Below, one piece after another: positions 8,255 to 18,200 of a DNA stretch of 38,106 nucleotides. The DNA lies in the IMG/VR virus record IMGVR_UViG_3300046807_000058, positions 1 through 38,106 of that record; one strand, 5' to 3'. Both the position numbers and the translations under genes were made by a program. The notes below the pieces were generated by a model. The model had not been told where the DNA came from, searched no databases, and saw nothing but the letters and a program-made list of their open reading frames with translations. Each line of letters starts with the position of its first letter. The first letter of the stretch is position 1. Source of the stretch: a virus (taxonomy: Duplodnaviria > Caudoviricetes).

Positions 8255-9014
8255 CTATGAATACCAATACAGAAATATATTAAAAGATATATTGAGTATG
8301 GGCCATTTCAGAAACGACAGAACAGGCGTTGGATCTTATTCATTATTCAATGAAAGTTTGAAGATAGATCTTAAAGAAGGTTTCCCTTTATTAACTGGTA
8401 GAAAGATGTTTGAAAAAACATTTAAGACAGAATTTGATTGGTTTATTAATGGCGAAACAAATATAAAAAGGTTTCAAGATAATGGCATTAAAATCTGGGA
8501 TGCTTGGGCAGATGAGAATGGAGATTTAGGGCCTGTTTATGGGCATCAATTAAGGAATTTCAATGGTGAATACTATGATCAACTTGCAATCCTTATAAAC
8601 AATCTTAAAACAGCTCCAGATAGCAGAAGACACATTATTAGTTTATGGAATCCATTGCAACTTGAAGAGATGGCATTGCCGCCTTGCTATTTGTATTTCC
8701 AATTCTTTGTAGAAGGTGATGAATTAAATATGTTTGTTGTCCAAAGATCAGGGGATGTGTTATTAGGTATACCTTATGATGTTGCTTTGTTTGCTCAAAT
8801 ACAATTATATATTGCAGAACAAACAGGATATAAAGCTTCTAGACTTGAAATGCAAATAATTGATGCTCACATTTATAAGAATCAAATTGATACCGTAAAA
8901 CAGTATTTAGAACAAGAAACATTCTTATCTCCAAAGTATACTTATAAAGATGGAAAGTTAGAAATAAAAAATTATCAACACGGACCAAAAATAACTGCTG
9001 CAGTTGCAGTGTAA
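8247..9014 (+). CDS. thymidylate synthase-family enzyme with dCMP-type specificity residue (putative dCMP methylase/hydroxymethylase)
   Basis: DRTGVG, PLLTGRK, IWDAWADENGDLGPVYG, SRR, ALPPC, QRSGD, DAHIY; PFN replaced by PYD. Likely start is the ATG at 8247 rather than 8172. Confidence 0.85.
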   Translation: MSSYEYQYRNILKDILSMGHFRNDRTGVGSYSLFNESLKIDLKEGFPLLTGRKMFEKTFKTEFDWFINGETNIKRFQDNGIKIWDAWADENGDLGPVYGHQLRNFNGEYYDQLAILINNLKTAPDSRRHIISLWNPLQLEEMALPPCYLYFQFFVEGDELNMFVVQRSGDVLLGIPYDVALFAQIQLYIAEQTGYKASRLEMQIIDAHIYKNQIDTVKQYLEQETFLSPKYTYKDGKLEIKNYQHGPKITAAVAV

Positions 9015-9024
9015 ATTAAAAAAA

Positions 9025-9954
9025 ATGTATTATCTTTATCACATATTAGGGAAAAAAATAGGAGTTACACGTAATCTTAATAATAGAATTACGGTACAAC
9101 AAGGGTACCAGCCATCCGAATACGAAGTTCTGGACTCTAGCGACGATATAGATTATATATCAGCAAAGGAGGCAGAGCTTCAATTACTCTACGGCTATAA
9201 GATAGACTTGCATTCCTATAAAGAATTAATGAATAAACTTAAATTAAATAAAATGGAAACAAACGTAACAGAACAAACAATTACATTTGCATGCCCTGTA
9301 AGTAAATTAAAAGGGCAGCTTATGGACAACATTGGAGAAATAATTACTTCTCCTTATGGAAATTTTAAATTGACTCCTACTATTGTAGATTGGATCATGA
9401 CAAATGTAAGAACATCGATGTACAATCCTAATAGATCGTACGTTTATAATAAAGCATTAAGTGAATACTTAAAATTATTGCCAACAAATGTAACGGTAGA
9501 CAATAGATTAATTGCTACTTTACCAAATCAACAAATTGAATTTAAAGAAAAAACTAGCAAAAAAACTAATAGGTTTAAAGACATTAGATCTTGGGCGCAA
9601 GAAAGAGGTATATATGCCAGCGGTGATCCTAAAACACAATATGTAAAACTTATTGAAGAGGTTGGTGAATTAGCTAAAGCTATTCTTAATGGCAATAAAG
9701 AAGAACAAAAAGACGGAATTGGAGATTCAATTGTTGTATTAACTAACTTAGCACACTTATTAGGATTTAAAGTTGAGGATTGTATTGACGCAGCTTATAA
9801 TGAAATTAAGAATAGAAAAGGATCAATGCAAAATGGTACATTCGTAAAATCAAGCTGTAGCAATTCAGCTATGCCTAATGGGTTTGCTTATTATACCGGT
9901 TTAACTAATACAGCTAAAGGCAGTACAACAAACACATTTAACAGTACATTGTAA
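9025..9954 (+). CDS. multidomain protein: N-terminal GIY-YIG-like domain plus C-terminal MazG-like NTP pyrophosphohydrolase
   Basis: MYYLYHI..KKIGVTRNLNNR; C-terminal KLIEEVGELAKAI..KDGIGDSIVVL..AYNEIKNRKG. Likely start is the ATG at 9025. Confidence 0.75.
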   Translation: MYYLYHILGKKIGVTRNLNNRITVQQGYQPSEYEVLDSSDDIDYISAKEAELQLLYGYKIDLHSYKELMNKLKLNKMETNVTEQTITFACPVSKLKGQLMDNIGEIITSPYGNFKLTPTIVDWIMTNVRTSMYNPNRSYVYNKALSEYLKLLPTNVTVDNRLIATLPNQQIEFKEKTSKKTNRFKDIRSWAQERGIYASGDPKTQYVKLIEEVGELAKAILNGNKEEQKDGIGDSIVVLTNLAHLLGFKVEDCIDAAYNEIKNRKGSMQNGTFVKSSCSNSAMPNGFAYYTGLTNTAKGSTTNTFNSTL

Positions 9955-10259
9955 TGAGAACAAAAGAAATAATGTTTAGAGATCCAGTTGTTGAAAATGT
10001 AGTAGACAAATTTGTATCAAGATCAGATGTTGGATTTGCAAAGTATGGTAAAACATTACGCGATGACAAATCAGATATGCATACTTGGCTTAATCATTTT
10101 CAAGAAGAATTAATGGATGCCGTCTTATATGTTCAACGTCTTAAAGAAGAAGTTACATCTATAAAAGAAGAATTAGAACTTTTAAAAATAGATGTTAAAG
10201 ACGCTGAAAAATGGACAGAGGCTAATGGTTTTTCATATACAATAGATGAAGAAAATTAG
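9954..10259 (+). CDS. small all-alpha MazG-like/NTP-PPase-type protein
   Basis: RSDVGFAKYG..L..WLNHFQEELMDAVLY with EExxD acidic helix. Confidence 0.5.
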   Translation: MRTKEIMFRDPVVENVVDKFVSRSDVGFAKYGKTLRDDKSDMHTWLNHFQEELMDAVLYVQRLKEEVTSIKEELELLKIDVKDAEKWTEANGFSYTIDEEN

Positions 10260-10722
10260 CAGAAAAAAGGGACCAGTAGTAGCAAAAAAGGTTATGTATG
10301 ACGGCGTAACCTTTGCTTCTGGCCTTGAAAAGTATATGTTTATTGCTTTAATGGAAGCTGGTATAGATTTTAAATATGAAGGGCAGACATTTGAATTAGT
10401 ACCAGCATTTACATTTATAAACAACTGTATTGAAAGGCAATCTAATAGTAAAGGTGATTTTGTAAACAGAGGTAATAAAAAAGTTCTTAATTTAAAATAC
10501 ACGCCTGATTTTGTTGGTGATGATTTTATAATTGAAACTAAAGGTAGAGCTAATGAGTCATTCCCTCTTAGATGGAAACTATTTAAGAAATGGATGCACG
10601 ATAATAACGACGAGAGAACATTATATAAACCACAAAAGATTTCAGAATGCGACGAGACGATACGTTTGATTCTATTAGAAAGAAACATGAGGCAAGGAAA
10701 AAATATGCCGAAAGACAAATAG
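10246..10722 (+). CDS. T7 endonuclease I-like Holliday junction resolvase
   Basis: FASGLE, FKYE, YTPDF, IIETKG. Confidence 0.85.
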   Translation: MKKISRKKGPVVAKKVMYDGVTFASGLEKYMFIALMEAGIDFKYEGQTFELVPAFTFINNCIERQSNSKGDFVNRGNKKVLNLKYTPDFVGDDFIIETKGRANESFPLRWKLFKKWMHDNNDERTLYKPQKISECDETIRLILLERNMRQGKNMPKDK

Positions 10723-10814
10723 ACAAATGGGTAGCTTGGTCCTTTGCTAATAAAGGTAAAGTGATATATAAAGAGTTACTCGAAGTAATAGAACAATATA
10801 ACAATGCTAAATAA
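10647..10814 (+). CDS. small hypothetical protein (55 aa) overlapping the endonuclease 3' end
   Basis: MRRDDTFDSIRKKHEARKKYAERQIDKWVAWSFANKGKVIYKELLEVIEQYNNAK*; covers the otherwise empty 10723-10814. Confidence 0.45.
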   Translation: MRRDDTFDSIRKKHEARKKYAERQIDKWVAWSFANKGKVIYKELLEVIEQYNNAK

Positions 10815-10820
10815 ATAATT

Positions 10821-10988
10821 ATGACTAGAAAGAAAAAAGTAGAAGCAGAAGAGCCAAAATCATGGGAATTATCTATAGGAATTTATCCAGGTATATTATT
10901 TGGAATTAGAACCTATGAATACGATGAATCAAAGTTGCACGTATTATACTTGCCGTTTATTGATATTGCTTTAGAAATTTATAAATAA
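10821..10988 (+). CDS. small hypothetical protein (55 aa, not in ORF track)
   Basis: MTRKKKVEAEEPKSWELSIGIYPGILFGIRTY...LEIYK*; AT-rich leader; fills the gap before nrdB. Confidence 0.6.
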   Translation: MTRKKKVEAEEPKSWELSIGIYPGILFGIRTYEYDESKLHVLYLPFIDIALEIYK

Positions 10989-10996
10989 AAATATAT

Positions 10997-11965
10997 ATGG
11001 GATTATTTGACAAAAGAATTGAATACAAACCGTTTGAATATCCTATATACTACACAGAAGGTTGGTTAAAGCAAGCTCAAGCATTTTGGCTGCACACGGA
11101 AATCAGTATGTCTGGTGATGTGAAAGACTGGAATGAAAAGCTAAGCGAGTCTGAAAAGAATCTAGTGGGTAATATCCTGCTAGGTTTTGCTCAGACAGAG
11201 TGCGCGGTATCAGATTACTGGACACAAAGTGTGGTTAAATGGTTTCCTAAGCATGAGATACAACAGATGGCAATGCTATTTGGTTCTCAAGAAACTATTC
11301 ACGCTGTAGCATATAGTTATTTAAATGAAACATTAGGATTAGATGATTTTAAAGCTTTTTTACACGAGCCTGCAACGGCTGAAAGGTTTGCTAACCTGGT
11401 TGCAACAGAAGGTAGGAGTACAGTTGATATTGGCCGTTCTCTTGCTGTATTTAGCGCTTTCGCTGAAGGGGTTAGTCTTTATTCTGCTTTTGCTGTATTG
11501 TATTCTTTTCAATTAAGGAATTTACTTAAAGGCATTGGACAACAAATGAAGTGGAGTGTACGTGATGAATCATTACACAGTAAAATGGGATGCCAATTAT
11601 TCCGCCACATGTGTGAAGAAGATCCTACGCTATTAGAAAATTGCAGACAAGACGTTATAACGGCTGCAGAGACAATGGTTGAATTAGAGATTAAGTATAT
11701 TGATAAGATGTTTGAAGCTGGAGAAATTGAAGGTATCAAATCTTATGACTTAATACAATTCATAAAGAAAAGAACAAACGAAAAATTAGTTGAGCTTGGT
11801 TATTTAGATTTGGGATCTTATTTCCCATTCAATAAAGATGCGGCATCAAATTTAGATTGGTTCTATCATTTAACAGGAGGTGTAACACATACGGATTTCT
11901 TTGCTATTAGACCTACTGATTACAGTAAAGCAAATGAAGGAGAAGATTTTGAAGATATTTGGTAA
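10997..11965 (+). CDS. nrdB: ribonucleotide reductase class Ia beta subunit
   Basis: FW..EI....D, QETIHAVAYSYL (radical Tyr), EGVSLYSAF, RDESLH, TDFFA.RPTDY. Confidence 0.93.
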   Translation: MGLFDKRIEYKPFEYPIYYTEGWLKQAQAFWLHTEISMSGDVKDWNEKLSESEKNLVGNILLGFAQTECAVSDYWTQSVVKWFPKHEIQQMAMLFGSQETIHAVAYSYLNETLGLDDFKAFLHEPATAERFANLVATEGRSTVDIGRSLAVFSAFAEGVSLYSAFAVLYSFQLRNLLKGIGQQMKWSVRDESLHSKMGCQLFRHMCEEDPTLLENCRQDVITAAETMVELEIKYIDKMFEAGEIEGIKSYDLIQFIKKRTNEKLVELGYLDLGSYFPFNKDAASNLDWFYHLTGGVTHTDFFAIRPTDYSKANEGEDFEDIW

Positions 11966-11980
11966 TTAAAATTATATAAA

Positions 11981-12187
11981 ATGAAAGAACAAACGTTAAT
12001 TGAAATGAAAAATAAGCTTGATGCTATCATAAGAGTATTACAAACTGTGATGGATGATCAACAGCATTTAACAAGCTTATCGGTAGGTACATTAGAAACC
12101 GTAAAGTTAATGCCAGGTTATGATGAAGCTATTAAACAGATCACTGAAAAAGTAACAACAAAAGAAACAGATACGAATGTGGAATAA
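11981..12187 (+). CDS. hypothetical protein
   Basis: 68-aa helical ORF. Confidence 0.6.
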   Translation: MKEQTLIEMKNKLDAIIRVLQTVMDDQQHLTSLSVGTLETVKLMPGYDEAIKQITEKVTTKETDTNVE

Positions 12188-12206
12188 CGAATGGATAAAT
12201 AATTAA
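12177..12206 (+). pseudogene. probable orphaned 5' end of nrdA (MWNNEWINN*)
   Basis: W-x3-W-I pattern matches NrdA residues GWDPLWIK; ATG overlaps the upstream gene end. Confidence 0.5.
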
Positions 12207-12210
12207 AAAA

Positions 12211-12223
12211 ACACGTAATATTA
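12211..12223 (+). promoter_or_regulatory. conserved motif AYAMGTAATWWTA, copy 2
   Basis: acacgtaatatta upstream of the HNH gene. Confidence 0.5.
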
Positions 12224-12244
12224 ATAATATATAAAATTGTTAAT

Positions 12245-12748
12245 ATGAAAAAGTGTACAAAGTGCAACGCAGAGAAACCTTCTAGCGAGTATTATAAACA
12301 TAGAGGAGGCTTATATTCTTCATGCAAAGAATGTAAGAAAAAAATACAAGCATTAAGATATGAGCCAAATCCTATTGTTTTAAAAAGTAATAAAATACCA
12401 AATAGCCAAACTTGTTCAAAGTGTAATATTGAAAAATCAATTAAAAATTTTAGATATAGAAAAGATAGAAATCACTTTTATACAATATGTATAGATTGTC
12501 AAAGACTATCCCATATATGTAAAACTTATCTTGTCAATATTGATAAAGCGGTCGAATTGCATAATACAAATAAATGTAGTATATGTGATGTTGCTGTAAT
12601 AGGTAAGAATCAATGCGTAGATCATTCACATAAAACAGGAATAGTTAGAGGAATATTATGCAGTAATTGCAATAGGGGATTAGGTTATTTTAATGATAAT
12701 ATATATAAATTAGCAAATGCTATAAAATACTTAAATAATAATGAGTGA
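12245..12748 (+). CDS. free-standing endonuclease VII-type HNH (homing) endonuclease
   Basis: two tandem CxxC..CxxC zinc modules, then [32 protein letters not shown]. Confidence 0.88.
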   Translation: MKKCTKCNAEKPSSEYYKHRGGLYSSCKECKKKIQALRYEPNPIVLKSNKIPNSQTCSKCNIEKSIKNFRYRKDRNHFYTICIDCQRLSHICKTYLVNIDKAVELHNTNKCSICDVAVIGKNQCVDHSHKTGIVRGILCSNCNRGLGYFNDNIYKLANAIKYLNNNE

Positions 12749-14477
12749 TAAAGTAAATGGATGGGATCCATTATGGATTAAGGGCGAAGATTATCCCGCG
12801 TGGGCTGATACGGACGTGTATAAGAAGACAATTGCCGGGGGGTATCTATTACCTTGGGAAACGCCAAAAGATGCTTATATGCGCGTCGCATCAACTGTTG
12901 CTAAAAGATTATATAAGCCAGAACTTACTGAAAAGTTTTTTGATTATATATGGAATGGTTGGTTGTGTTTAGCTTCGCCGGTATTGTCAAATACAGGAAC
13001 AGATCGTGGATTACCAATCAGTTGTTTTGGTATTGATGTAGCAGATAGTATTCAAGACATTGGACAAAAGAATTTAGAGATGATGCTACTCGCTAAGCAC
13101 GGCGGTGGAGTTGGTATCGGAGTTAATCAAATTAGACCCGCTGGCAGTAAAATAACAGGCAATGGAACATCAGACGGAGTTGTCCCTTTCTGCAAGATAT
13201 ATGACTCGACTATCCTCGCAACTAACCAAGGCTCAGTCCGTAGGGGAGCAGCTTCTGTTAATATCAACATTGAACACGGAGATTTTAAAGAATGGCTTGA
13301 AATTAGAGAACCAAAAGGGGATGTCAACAGACAATCTCTTAATTTACATCAATGCGTCGTTGTCGGTGATAAATTCATGCGAAAGCTTGAACAAGGAGAT
13401 AATGAGGCGAGGGATAAGTGGAGCTCCCTTATCAGAAAACGTAAAGCAACTGGTGAACCTTATGTCTTGTTTAAAGGAAACACAAACAAATCAAATCCAC
13501 AAGCTTATAGAACTCATGGGTTAAAAGTACACATGACTAATATATGCAGCGAAATAACATTACACACCGATGAAACACATAGCTTTGTATGTTGTTTATC
13601 ATCATTAAATTTAGCAAAATATGAAGAATGGAAAGACACAAACCTCATCTATGACGCAATCTGGTTTCTCGACGGAGTCATGGAAGAATTCATCCAAAGA
13701 GCAAAAGGATTACGAGGCTTTGAAAATGCGGTTAGATCGGCTAGTAAGGGAAGGCCTCTTGGACTTGGAGTGTTGGGATGGCACACATACCTGCAAGAAA
13801 AAGGATTGCCCTTCGAAGGATTGCTTGCACAGTATGAAACAAGGAAAATCTTTAGTCAACTCAAAATTGAAAGTGAACGAGCCAGTAAGGCACTTGCAGA
13901 AGTTTATGGCGAACCTTTATGGTGCGTTGGTACTGGTATGCGTAATACCCATCTTCGTGCCATTGCTCCTACTGTCAGCAATAGTAAGCTTAGTGGGAAC
14001 GTATCTTCAGGTATTGAGCCATGGGCTGCTAACGTATTTACCGAGCAAAGTGCAAAAGGTACTTTCATTCGAAAGAATCCAAGCTTAGTAAAACTATTAA
14101 AGAAACATAAAATTAATACAGATGAAATTTGGGCAAAAATATTGGCTGATGGAGGTTCTGTTCAAGATATTGACGAGCTCGATGATATTATGTTTAATCA
14201 CGACATACCGGCTAAAGATGTTTTCAAAACGTTTAAAGAGATCAATCAATTAGAATTGGTTAACCAAGCAGGTATTAGACAACAATATATTGATCAATCC
14301 GTTAGTTTAAATTTGGCTTTTCCAAACGAAGCAACGCCAAAGTGGATTAATAAAGTTCACATGGATGCATGGAAAAAAGGAATTAAGACTTTGTATTATA
14401 TGCGTACTGAATCTGTTTTACGTGGTGACTTAGCAGCTAAAGCAATGGACGAAGGCTGTTTATCTTGTGACGGATAA
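12741..14477 (+). CDS. nrdA: ribonucleotide reductase class Ia alpha subunit (short, no ATP cone)
   Basis: [52 protein letters not shown]-terminal CLSC. Confidence 0.95.
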   Translation: MSDKVNGWDPLWIKGEDYPAWADTDVYKKTIAGGYLLPWETPKDAYMRVASTVAKRLYKPELTEKFFDYIWNGWLCLASPVLSNTGTDRGLPISCFGIDVADSIQDIGQKNLEMMLLAKHGGGVGIGVNQIRPAGSKITGNGTSDGVVPFCKIYDSTILATNQGSVRRGAASVNINIEHGDFKEWLEIREPKGDVNRQSLNLHQCVVVGDKFMRKLEQGDNEARDKWSSLIRKRKATGEPYVLFKGNTNKSNPQAYRTHGLKVHMTNICSEITLHTDETHSFVCCLSSLNLAKYEEWKDTNLIYDAIWFLDGVMEEFIQRAKGLRGFENAVRSASKGRPLGLGVLGWHTYLQEKGLPFEGLLAQYETRKIFSQLKIESERASKALAEVYGEPLWCVGTGMRNTHLRAIAPTVSNSKLSGNVSSGIEPWAANVFTEQSAKGTFIRKNPSLVKLLKKHKINTDEIWAKILADGGSVQDIDELDDIMFNHDIPAKDVFKTFKEINQLELVNQAGIRQQYIDQSVSLNLAFPNEATPKWINKVHMDAWKKGIKTLYYMRTESVLRGDLAAKAMDEGCLSCDG

Positions 14478-14557
14478 ATGTGCAGTATATTGCATATTAT
14501 CTTGCATTTTGAATGATATTGTATAATATGTTGTACAAAAATGCCGTATAATGCATT
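14478..14557. repeat. array of four contiguous ~20-bp imperfect palindromes
   Basis: 14478-14497, 14498-14518, 14519-14538 and 14540-14557 are each self-complementary. Confidence 0.75.
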
Positions 14558-14569
14558 AAAATATAAATT

Positions 14570-15151
14570 ATGAAAGATATATATATAGTAGATGATTTCT
14601 TTCCAAAGGAATTACTTAGCCGCATTGAAAGTGATAAAGCGTCTTATGAAGAAGTTAAAACACCTGGAAAATCATTCTGGGTAAAAAGACCTTCAAATGA
14701 TTTTATGAACTGGATATGCGGTAGTATATCTGATATAGAAGGTAATTTAATATCTCCTATACTTGGATTCTTTAGGCAAGCCAAGGAAGGCCAAGATAAT
14801 GATTGGAGAATACATAATGATTCTATAATAGAGGGACAACAACCTGATAGAGCAATTGTTATCTATGTGTCCGATAATAATTCAAACAAATTAAACGGGA
14901 CAGCTTTCTGGAGCCATAAATTATATGGAGATAGATTTGTAAAGGAAGGAGAATTAGTTGATCCTGATGAGTTTAATCGATTAATAATGGAAGACTCAAA
15001 CAATCTTGATCTATGGGAATTAAGCTCTGTTATTGGTCACAAAAAAAATAGATTATTATCTTATCCTTGTGATTACTTTCACAGTAAATATCCGAATGAG
15101 TTTATAGAAAGCAGAGAAGTATTTGTTATGTTTTATAAAGTTGATAAATAA
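14570..15151 (+). CDS. 2OG-Fe(II) oxygenase superfamily protein
   Basis: IYIVDDFF, RIHNDS (HxD), IVIYV, GTAFW, NRLLSYP, YFHS, distal R (SREVFVMF). Confidence 0.8.
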   Translation: MKDIYIVDDFFPKELLSRIESDKASYEEVKTPGKSFWVKRPSNDFMNWICGSISDIEGNLISPILGFFRQAKEGQDNDWRIHNDSIIEGQQPDRAIVIYVSDNNSNKLNGTAFWSHKLYGDRFVKEGELVDPDEFNRLIMEDSNNLDLWELSSVIGHKKNRLLSYPCDYFHSKYPNEFIESREVFVMFYKVDK

Positions 15152-15183
15152 AAAAAGGGAGGCCGTTAAGCTTCCCTTTCTCT
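15151..15183. terminator. bidirectional intrinsic terminator between the convergent arms
   Basis: stem aaagggaggc/gcttcccttt with A-run on the left and T-rich run on the right. Confidence 0.8.
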
Positions 15184-15218
15184 ATTCATGGATTTCTAGG
15201 TATGGTGCCTATTTTTCA

Positions 15219-18200
15219 TTAACCCATTTTTCTTCTTCTTCTTTTTTCTCTTCGATCAGCAACGGCTTGTCTTTTTAATTTGATACGCTCTGCTAGCGGT
15301 AAACTTCTAATAGAATCTTTTGTTCTTTCTCTAGTCTCTTTAGCTTTTTCAACGCCCTCAATTTTTCTTTTAGCTTTTGCTTCTTCTCTGATTTTTTTAT
15401 CACCAGCTGAATCTTCAATACCAGCGCTATAAGGTGACCAACCAAGACCAACCATTATTCTTTGCATTGCAGTATTCTGAGAATTCAAAGCTTCGGATGC
15501 ATTATTTATTTTAGTAACCAAACGATCCATAGGTACATTGGTTGTTGCTTCAACAACTTTACCGGCTACTCCGTATGACGGACTTAAATTAACTCTGCCA
15601 TCTTGCGTTACATCCCAGCCTCTTGCCTCAATTAAATCTTTATCAAATTTAGTTTGCTGAAGTCCACTGTAAAGTTTTCTAAGCTTAGATCCAATTGGCG
15701 GTGAAAGGTTAGCTGCTTCAAGTACAACTTTGGCATAATCAGCTTTGAACTTTTTATCTCTTTCGTCCAAATATTTTTTAGCCATATTTTTTACAGTAGC
15801 AACAATTCCTCCAACAAAACCTGTACCTCTTAATATAGTGTCAATTACACCATCAGCAACATCAAACAATTTGTCATCTAATTTTTTCTCTTTATCAGAT
15901 TTCTCTTTGTCTTCATCGTCATCACCAAAAGCTACAGCAAATAATCCTTGTTGTAATACAGCAAACATTGTATTTTGTATTGCTACATAATAAGCAATCT
16001 TAGCAAAGTTTGTTTTAGCATCACCCCTACCATTTTTAAGATCAAGCACTGCTTTTTTAACAATACGAGATTGTTGCATCGCGGTATTCTGGAATGTTAA
16101 CAATAATCTACCAGCAGGACTAGCTTGTTGTTTAGATATATCTCTTGGATCACCAGATTGTTGTGTTTCATCAGATACTTTTGTAAAGTCATCCCAAGCT
16201 GCTTCTTCAGCCTCTTGCTCTGTCATTCCCTCTTTCAAATAACTCTTTATTCTATTTCTATAGAAAGGAGCACCTCCTGAAGCAATAGCAAAACTATCTG
16301 CCATTTGCGTTGGTGTATAACCTATCTTCAATAAATAAGATAATATAGCACCAACTTTATTCTTACTACCTTCAGCAGCATTAGCAATCTCAGCAGCAGC
16401 AACGTCTTCTTTTAAACCGCCACGTCTTTCCTTCATTTTGTCTGAATTCCAGATAGTAGCAAAATCTTCCCAATATTGCTTTTGATTAGCAAATGCTTTA
16501 GCAGCAGCATAAGGATTATTGTCCCTTAAGTTTAAGAAATTGACTGCTCCAATTAACTGTAACGCAGCGGATCTTACGTTTAAGAACATGATTGCTCCAG
16601 TGGATCCAGATACCCAATTAGCCCAAGCGCTAGTCTCTTTGTCTTTTCCAAAGCTTTTGTTTTTACCAGTTATCATTCTGTATAAAACATCTTCTAAGGC
16701 TTCTCTAACATCTGTACCATATACAGCTTCAACTTTGTTTATATTAGGACCAACTAATTTACCATTTTCGAATTTACCAAACATCTCTTCAGCATTGGCA
16801 ATAAATTCAGATAAGAATTTCTTTCTACCTTCGCCTTCTGTTAAGTTATGTAAATCTGTGATAATTGTATTAGCATCCCAATATTGTTCTGGTTTAATCC
16901 AACCTCTACCTTGTCTTCCTGTTACAATTAAACTATCTTTAAAAGCTTTTAATTCTGGATCTGAATTAACAAGAGTAGTTAGTTTATTAGAATCTCGTTG
17001 TGATAGTCCTGGAATATCTACGCCTTCTTCATTCCACATTGCAACACGAATTGCTTGATCGTAAGTAAAGTCTCCATCTGGAGTTCTTTTTTCAATCTTC
17101 TTAGCTACATCTGGGAATTCGTTTAATAATTGCTTATACTCTTTTTTAATAGATTGCCTTGCAGCATCCATTAAATCATTTCCATTAGCATAAGGTTTTA
17201 ACAATGTATCAGCAAAAAATTTCTTTTGCTCTTCTCCTTTTGCTCCTTTGCCTATAAAGTTATAAAGTAACAATTCAAAATCAGCTGCTGAAGCAGGCAC
17301 ATAAAAATCAAATTTGTTTTTACCAATACCTCTTCTTCTAGCAACAATATCTGAAAAGCTTTTATAGTCTTCAACTCCTTTATTCTCTTCTATTATTTTA
17401 TTAAACTTAGGTGATATTGTTTTACTAAACTTAATAGAATCATTAACAAATTCTTCAGGATTGTCTATTAAATTATAATCAGATTTTTGATCCCAATTAT
17501 TACCTAATTGAAAAAACAATCTTTCAATTATTCTCCTATTCTTACCCGATGCAACAGAAGTTATTCTGCTATACACGTACATATTGCCGTTGATCAAAGG
17601 CACTTTAGCTAATTCGCCAGTATTACTGCCCTCATAAGTAAATGAGCCATTCCCTTGTATATGAATAATATCTTTACCAACATTTATTTGAGCCAATGTT
17701 TTTGGAGTTATAACCATACTGGGCCCAGTTTTTTCTCCTTTAACATTATTCCAAACTTCATTGGATACAATTAATGAATTGCCGTCTTTGCTTAAATTAT
17801 TGCTTTTTAAATATTCTAATGCTTTTTGGCGTGACTCATTATCCTTCATTTTGGATTTCATTTCGGTATCACCGTCAAATCCTTTTGTAAATATTATTTC
17901 ATCACCAAGCAAATTAGAGTTTGATGTGCTTCCATGAGGAGCAGTCTTATCTGCTTTTAATTCAACTATTACATTACGACCATCTTTACCAACTCTATAT
18001 ACTAAATCTGGATTTCTGCTATTAAATTTATCAGGCGCAGCCTCATTTAAAATAAAATCAGGATTATTTTTAGAAAACTTCCTTAATTTATTAAATGCTT
18101 CCGCTTCAAATTTAACACCTGCATTTGATTCCCATATTCTTTTATATTCATCAAGCAAATTACTTACACGGCGTATCCATTTTTTTCTAAAATCAGTATA

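Noticed and set aside
12190-12780. Group I intron in nrdA
   Set aside because: Only about 40 nt of AT-rich non-coding sequence flanks the HNH ORF, with no room for a ribozyme core, and nrdA has its own start
15197-15216. Small hairpin taggta-tgg-tgccta followed by a T-run as an ncRNA
   Set aside because: Too short to support; more simply a weak auxiliary + strand terminator
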